64,000 nt of DNA from Planctomycetaceae bacterium. GTDB taxonomy: Bacteria; Planctomycetota; Planctomycetia; Planctomycetales; Planctomycetaceae. The stretch's first letter is position 1, and each line of letters opens with the position of its first letter. Under the pieces are notes generated by a model. It ran no database searches, was not told where the DNA came from, and saw only the letters and a program-made list of their open reading frames with translations. Positions 60,194-64,000 of this stretch are shown here, piece by piece. Location: the NCBI GenBank assembly GCA_018699955.1, contig JABISG010000147.1, positions 96,544-160,543 on the forward strand, in the 5' to 3' direction. Position numbers and translations under genes: made by a program.

Positions 60194-63100
60194 TCAGTTC
60201 TCTTCTGATTCCGCCGGCTGACTATCGGGGGCGGTCGGCGTCACTGGCTGCTCTTGTAGTCGGTAGATGCCGTCTCCGTCGATCCAGATGGTTAGTGGGC
60301 GTGTGAGGATGCCCAGATCCAGCGGCGCGCCGCGTTCGGGAAACAGCGGCCACAACTGCGTGCAGTTCCGGTGCAGTTCGAACGAATAGCCGTTGACGGA
60401 GACCGAATTGACCCCCGCCGGTCCGGATGTTCCCGTGATACCAACGCCTCGCCCGGCAATATCGATCGTAACCTTGCCGCCACCGTCGGCGGGCATCTGG
60501 CCGCCGCTTTGGGTGTTGTTGTTCTCGGTTTCAATCCCTTCGAAAACCATGGTGACTCCGTCGAAGGTAAAGGTCGGGTGGCCGTCCTGGGATTGAACGG
60601 TGAAATCGATTAATTCGTCGGCGTTGCTTTCACCGCTTGCGTTGCCGGTCTTGTTCCCGTTGTTCAGATAGGCCGACACACCGAGGCCGACGACGGAACC
60701 GATTGCCAGCACGACCAGCAGAATCGCCCAACCGGTGAAACTTCCATTGGAACCAGAATCCGCTTCCTTCCGCTTGAAGGCGTCTTTGACATCACTGCCG
60801 CTGAGTGCAACGAGCGCCCAAATGCCGATTGGGAAACCGATCACATTACCCGGCGTGACGATCATCGCCAGGACAGCGGCGAAGATTCCCAAACCCCGGG
60901 ATTCGCAACGCATGATTCTCAGACCGGAAAAAATCATTAACGCGCTGAACACGAAGATGGCAGCGGCGACGCTGCCGAACACGGTCGCCGACGGGCCGGG
61001 AGCCGGTTCAGCAAGTGACAGATACGACGACATGGCGATCAGAAAAGGCAGGACCAGCCAATTCGCAATTCCAGTGAACACCAGACCGATGCCCGGGCCG
61101 CGAAGTTGCCGGCATACGGCGTCGGCTTCATCTGTTCCATGTGGTGTCTCAGAGTCGGTCGGCTCGTGAAGAGGCCGACTTGCCTTCCTCCAGACGGCGC
61201 GACAGATTAAGACATCGACCAGGATCGCCATCGGTAATGCAACGAGCATCGGCAGCATGACGTTCACGCCGGCATGGCTGCCCTCTATCCCCATAACGTC
61301 CTGGATCGTGCTGATCCCAATGGAAACCAACGCGGCCACGACGAAGCAGATCAACACATCGAGAAGCAATAGCGGAAACAACAACGCGTCGCCGACAGCC
61401 AGCGGAAGTCCGACCAACCGGTTCTGCGAGTGCCGGATGTCGCTGATTGCAATGGTTCCCAGAATTGTTGTGCCGAATGGTGCCGCCAGACCCAGTGGTA
61501 GGGCGGTGCAGATCAGCACCCATTGCCACCATTCCGGTCCCGGTGAAGGAGTTTGTCTGTCGATGACAGTGGCAGGCGGAGGCGTGGTTGTAGAAACGGA
61601 GCTGCCGACCGGGCGACTTGTGGTCTCGGTGATCGAACTGCCGCTCATTGTCGATGAGTTGACCTGACGAACAGTTTGTAAATAGACAGACCCGAATGCA
61701 ACGATGAAGAACAACGGTGCCCAGGCCGCTCCCCAAATCGCTTTGCGGGAAAAACGAGGTGGGACCGATTCCCAGGTGGAACTGCTGACAGGAGCCGGCC
61801 CGGCGCCGGCTGGCAGTGCCGCCGTCGGGGCATTTCCTTTTCCTGCTACCGCTTCCATGGTACTCGACTGCGGAACGCGTGTGGGCGATTGCGGCAACTG
61901 GCCGTGACCGGCAAATGCGTCCTGCACGTCTGGTTTCGACAGCACAATTAACGCCCAGATTCCAAACGGCAGGCTGATCAGAAAACCCAGCGTGCAAGGC
62001 AGCACGGCAATGACGGCCGCAATCACTGCGATTCGATGAGATTGCAAATCGAACATCCGCACCGCTCCGGCAATCAGCATCGTTCCCATCGCCAGACTGC
62101 AAGCGACGACCAGAAGTTCCGTCGGTCCCGGAATACCCATTCCTTTTCCGTTGGACAGCAACGTAATTACGACGGGAATCAGAACAATTGACAGCGTTGC
62201 CAGGAGATTGACAATTCCTGCAACCAGCAACCCGATTGCGGGAACCTTGAGTCGCCCGCGGACTAACGCATTATCTGCAGTGGAGATGGACTGCGCAGCC
62301 GGAGGCAAGATGCCGGCGGTTGTCAGAATGGATTCGACCTCCTTCTTCACGTCGCTGGCGTGCTGATAACGGCGTTCGGGTTCCGACTCCAGCGACCGCA
62401 GTACCACTTCATCCAGCCGAACATCGACCTGCACTTTTTTCGACGGTGGCTGGAATCGGCCGATGGGCAACTCGCCGGTCAGCATCTCGTAAAACACCAC
62501 GCCCAGCGAGTAGATATCGGCCCGGTGATCGACGTCATGCGATCCGCGCATCTGCTCTGGTGCCATGTACTGCAGTGTTCCCATCACCTGATTGGTGCCG
62601 GTCAAAGTGAATGGCTTCTCACCCGGTGAATTCTCAGCATCAACGCCCAGCAGTTTTGCCAGTCCGAAGTCTGCGATCTTGACCCGTCCCCGTTTGTCGA
62701 TGAGAACATTTTCCGGCTTAATATCCCGGTGAACGACACCTTCTTCGTGCGCGAATTGCAGGGCGTCACAAATCTGGGGGACAATCGCCAATGCCTCCTT
62801 CGGCTGCAACCCGCCGGCCTCAATCGTCTGCCGCAGGTTGGCTCCATCGACGTACTCCATGACGAAGTAGTACAGTCCGTCGGCCTCGCCGAAATCGTAC
62901 ACAGCCACAATGCATGTATGGTTGAGCATGGCCAGAGCGCGGGCTTCGCGCATGAAGCGTTCGGCGAAGGCGGGATCTTTCCCGATCTCCGGCGGCAGGA
63001 TTTTCAGCGCGACGAGACGGTCGAGACTTGGCTGCCGCGCTTTGTAGACGGCACCCATTCCCCCTTTACCCAGCAGTTCGATGATTTCGAGTTGCGGGAA

Positions 63101-63289
63101 ATGTTCAGCCAGTTTTTCCACCGACGGTGCGACAAACCCCGAGCCGATCACGGTCGGATCGCCCGGCTCCCCCGCAGACTGTTCGCGGCTCTCGAACCCC
63201 AGTTGCATCAAACACTTCGGGCAGACGCCCTCGGGGGCATCGGCGGGAAGTTCGGCATCGCATTGGGGGCATTGTCGGATTTCGGTCAT
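60194..63289 (-). CDS. Ser/Thr protein kinase with N-terminal zinc ribbon, large polytopic membrane domain with internal repeats, and C-terminal extracytoplasmic domain
   Basis: CPQCDAELP...CPKC ribbon. Hanks motifs GKGGMGAVYKA, HRDIKPENVL, DFGLA, APE. Ten or more TM helices with the duplicated module ...P(F/I)GIWAL..LS..DV.DAF. Confidence 0.9.
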   Translation of the reverse strand: MTEIRQCPQCDAELPADAPEGVCPKCLMQLGFESREQSAGEPGDPTVIGSGFVAPSVEKLAEHFPQLEIIELLGKGGMGAVYKARQPSLDRLVALKILPPEIGKDPAFAERFMREARALAMLNHTCIVAVYDFGEADGLYYFVMEYVDGANLRQTIEAGGLQPKEALAIVPQICDALQFAHEEGVVHRDIKPENVLIDKRGRVKIADFGLAKLLGVDAENSPGEKPFTLTGTNQVMGTLQYMAPEQMRGSHDVDHRADIYSLGVVFYEMLTGELPIGRFQPPSKKVQVDVRLDEVVLRSLESEPERRYQHASDVKKEVESILTTAGILPPAAQSISTADNALVRGRLKVPAIGLLVAGIVNLLATLSIVLIPVVITLLSNGKGMGIPGPTELLVVACSLAMGTMLIAGAVRMFDLQSHRIAVIAAVIAVLPCTLGFLISLPFGIWALIVLSKPDVQDAFAGHGQLPQSPTRVPQSSTMEAVAGKGNAPTAALPAGAGPAPVSSSTWESVPPRFSRKAIWGAAWAPLFFIVAFGSVYLQTVRQVNSSTMSGSSITETTSRPVGSSVSTTTPPPATVIDRQTPSPGPEWWQWVLICTALPLGLAAPFGTTILGTIAISDIRHSQNRLVGLPLAVGDALLFPLLLLDVLICFVVAALVSIGISTIQDVMGIEGSHAGVNVMLPMLVALPMAILVDVLICRAVWRKASRPLHEPTDSETPHGTDEADAVCRQLRGPGIGLVFTGIANWLVLPFLIAMSSYLSLAEPAPGPSATVFGSVAAAIFVFSALMIFSGLRIMRCESRGLGIFAAVLAMIVTPGNVIGFPIGIWALVALSGSDVKDAFKRKEADSGSNGSFTGWAILLVVLAIGSVVGLGVSAYLNNGNKTGNASGESNADELIDFTVQSQDGHPTFTFDGVTMVFEGIETENNNTQSGGQMPADGGGKVTIDIAGRGVGITGTSGPAGVNSVSVNGYSFELHRNCTQLWPLFPERGAPLDLGILTRPLTIWIDGDGIYRLQEQPVTPTAPDSQPAESEEN

Positions 63290-63424
63290 GTTCGGGTCAC
63301 CGCAGAGGGATTGTTGAAGTCACCCATTACTAACCCAAATCGACGTAAAGGTTACACCTGCGGTGCGATGAAGGTGAGGAAAAGGGGGGAATTATCGGAA
63401 ATCGCCATCGAATCACTCCCAGCA

Positions 63425-64000
63425 TCACGAAGCGAGCGTGTTGAACAGTTCTCGTAACTCCTCATCGACGTCTTCCGCAGCGACGACCGTTTGTTGGATT
63501 TCATCCCGTAAGATTGCTCGATATCGTTTTCGCATGCGATGAATTGCCACCTTGACCGCGCCTTCGCTCATATTGAGTTGCTCACCCAGTTCACGATAGG
63601 GAACGGCCGATTTGTCTCCGCCGACGAATGTCTTCAGACACTGAAACAGTTCAGTCTTTCCGGTGTTCTCAAACTCCGCACGGAGCTTGGTCAACGCCCG
63701 TTCGAGCAACGTCAATGCCCATTGCCGTTCGTAGATTTTTTCTGGTGTCGCGTCGTGCGACGGCTCGAGCTGGTAACGGTTTTCTCCATCATCAAAGTCG
63801 AGCGAAATCACTGGACGTCCGCCGCCCCGCTTTTGCGTGTTTCCTTTTCGCCATTCGTTGGTCAGGAAGTTCTTCAACGAAGCCAGCAGAAATGATCGAA
63901 AGCGGCCACGCTCGCGGTCGGCGACTTGCAACGTTCCTTTATCCAGAATTTCAACGAAGAACTCTTGAGTGAGATCTTGAGCGTCATTCTTCGATTGTCC
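63425..64000 (-). CDS. ECF-type sigma-70 family RNA polymerase sigma factor (5' end outside window)
   Basis: Region 2 (FFVEILDKG..., FRSFLLASLKNFLTNEWRK) and region 4 HTH (YRELGEQLNMSEGAVKVAIHRMRKRYR). The frame stays open to the window edge. Confidence 0.8.
   Translation of the reverse strand, partial: GQSKNDAQDLTQEFFVEILDKGTLQVADRERGRFRSFLLASLKNFLTNEWRKGNTQKRGGGRPVISLDFDDGENRYQLEPSHDATPEKIYERQWALTLLERALTKLRAEFENTGKTELFQCLKTFVGGDKSAVPYRELGEQLNMSEGAVKVAIHRMRKRYRAILRDEIQQTVVAAEDVDEELRELFNTLAS

Overview
This 64-kb window is GC-rich (about 60%) and densely coding. Its gene content looks like a Planctomycetota (Pirellula-like) chromosome: a DUF1501 protein, Ser/Thr kinases with N-terminal zinc ribbons and a WD40 tail, a BatA-type VWA plus DUF4175-like operon, and giant coiled-coil proteins. 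I support about 45 protein genes and found no rRNA, tRNA, CRISPR array or transposase/integrase. The ORF track translates GTG/TTG starts as M, so several true starts lie downstream of the listed first M; I re-derived starts from the sequence where I could.

The main functional blocks are:
- a minus-strand operon with a BatA-like VWA protein, a low-GC acidic ORF, a 1231-aa transmembrane coiled-coil protein and a secreted low-complexity protein (8885-16401);
- a small carbohydrate and phosphate neighbourhood with an enolase-superfamily dehydratase, a DJ-1/PfpI protein, a beta-propeller, a TPR-heptosyltransferase, a TIM-barrel isomerase and a PhoD-like phosphatase;
- an L-lysine catabolism set (GabT-family aminotransferase, ALDH7-type semialdehyde dehydrogenase, divergent DUF1338/HglS-like gene) with a perfect 23-bp palindrome in the shared promoter region;
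- a tightly linked operon encoding a YqiJ/NfeD-like membrane protein, a 697-aa flotillin and an 1848-aa protein with one AAA+ module (30307-38702), which is the strongest candidate here for an undescribed membrane-associated system;
- a nitrate-assimilation cluster with unusual fusions: an NNP transporter, a 956-aa nitrite reductase with siroheme, rubredoxin-like, Rieske and FNR-like domains, a ferredoxin fused to an NrfD/DmsC-like membrane anchor, and an assimilatory-type Mo nitrate reductase;
- a signalling block with a response regulator, a frameshifted thioredoxin-fold gene, a hybrid histidine kinase, a membrane-embedded Ser/Thr kinase and a partial ECF sigma factor.

The non-coding space holds several families of dispersed hairpin and inverted-repeat elements, mostly between convergent genes, and a 104-nt perfectly nested stem-loop structure.
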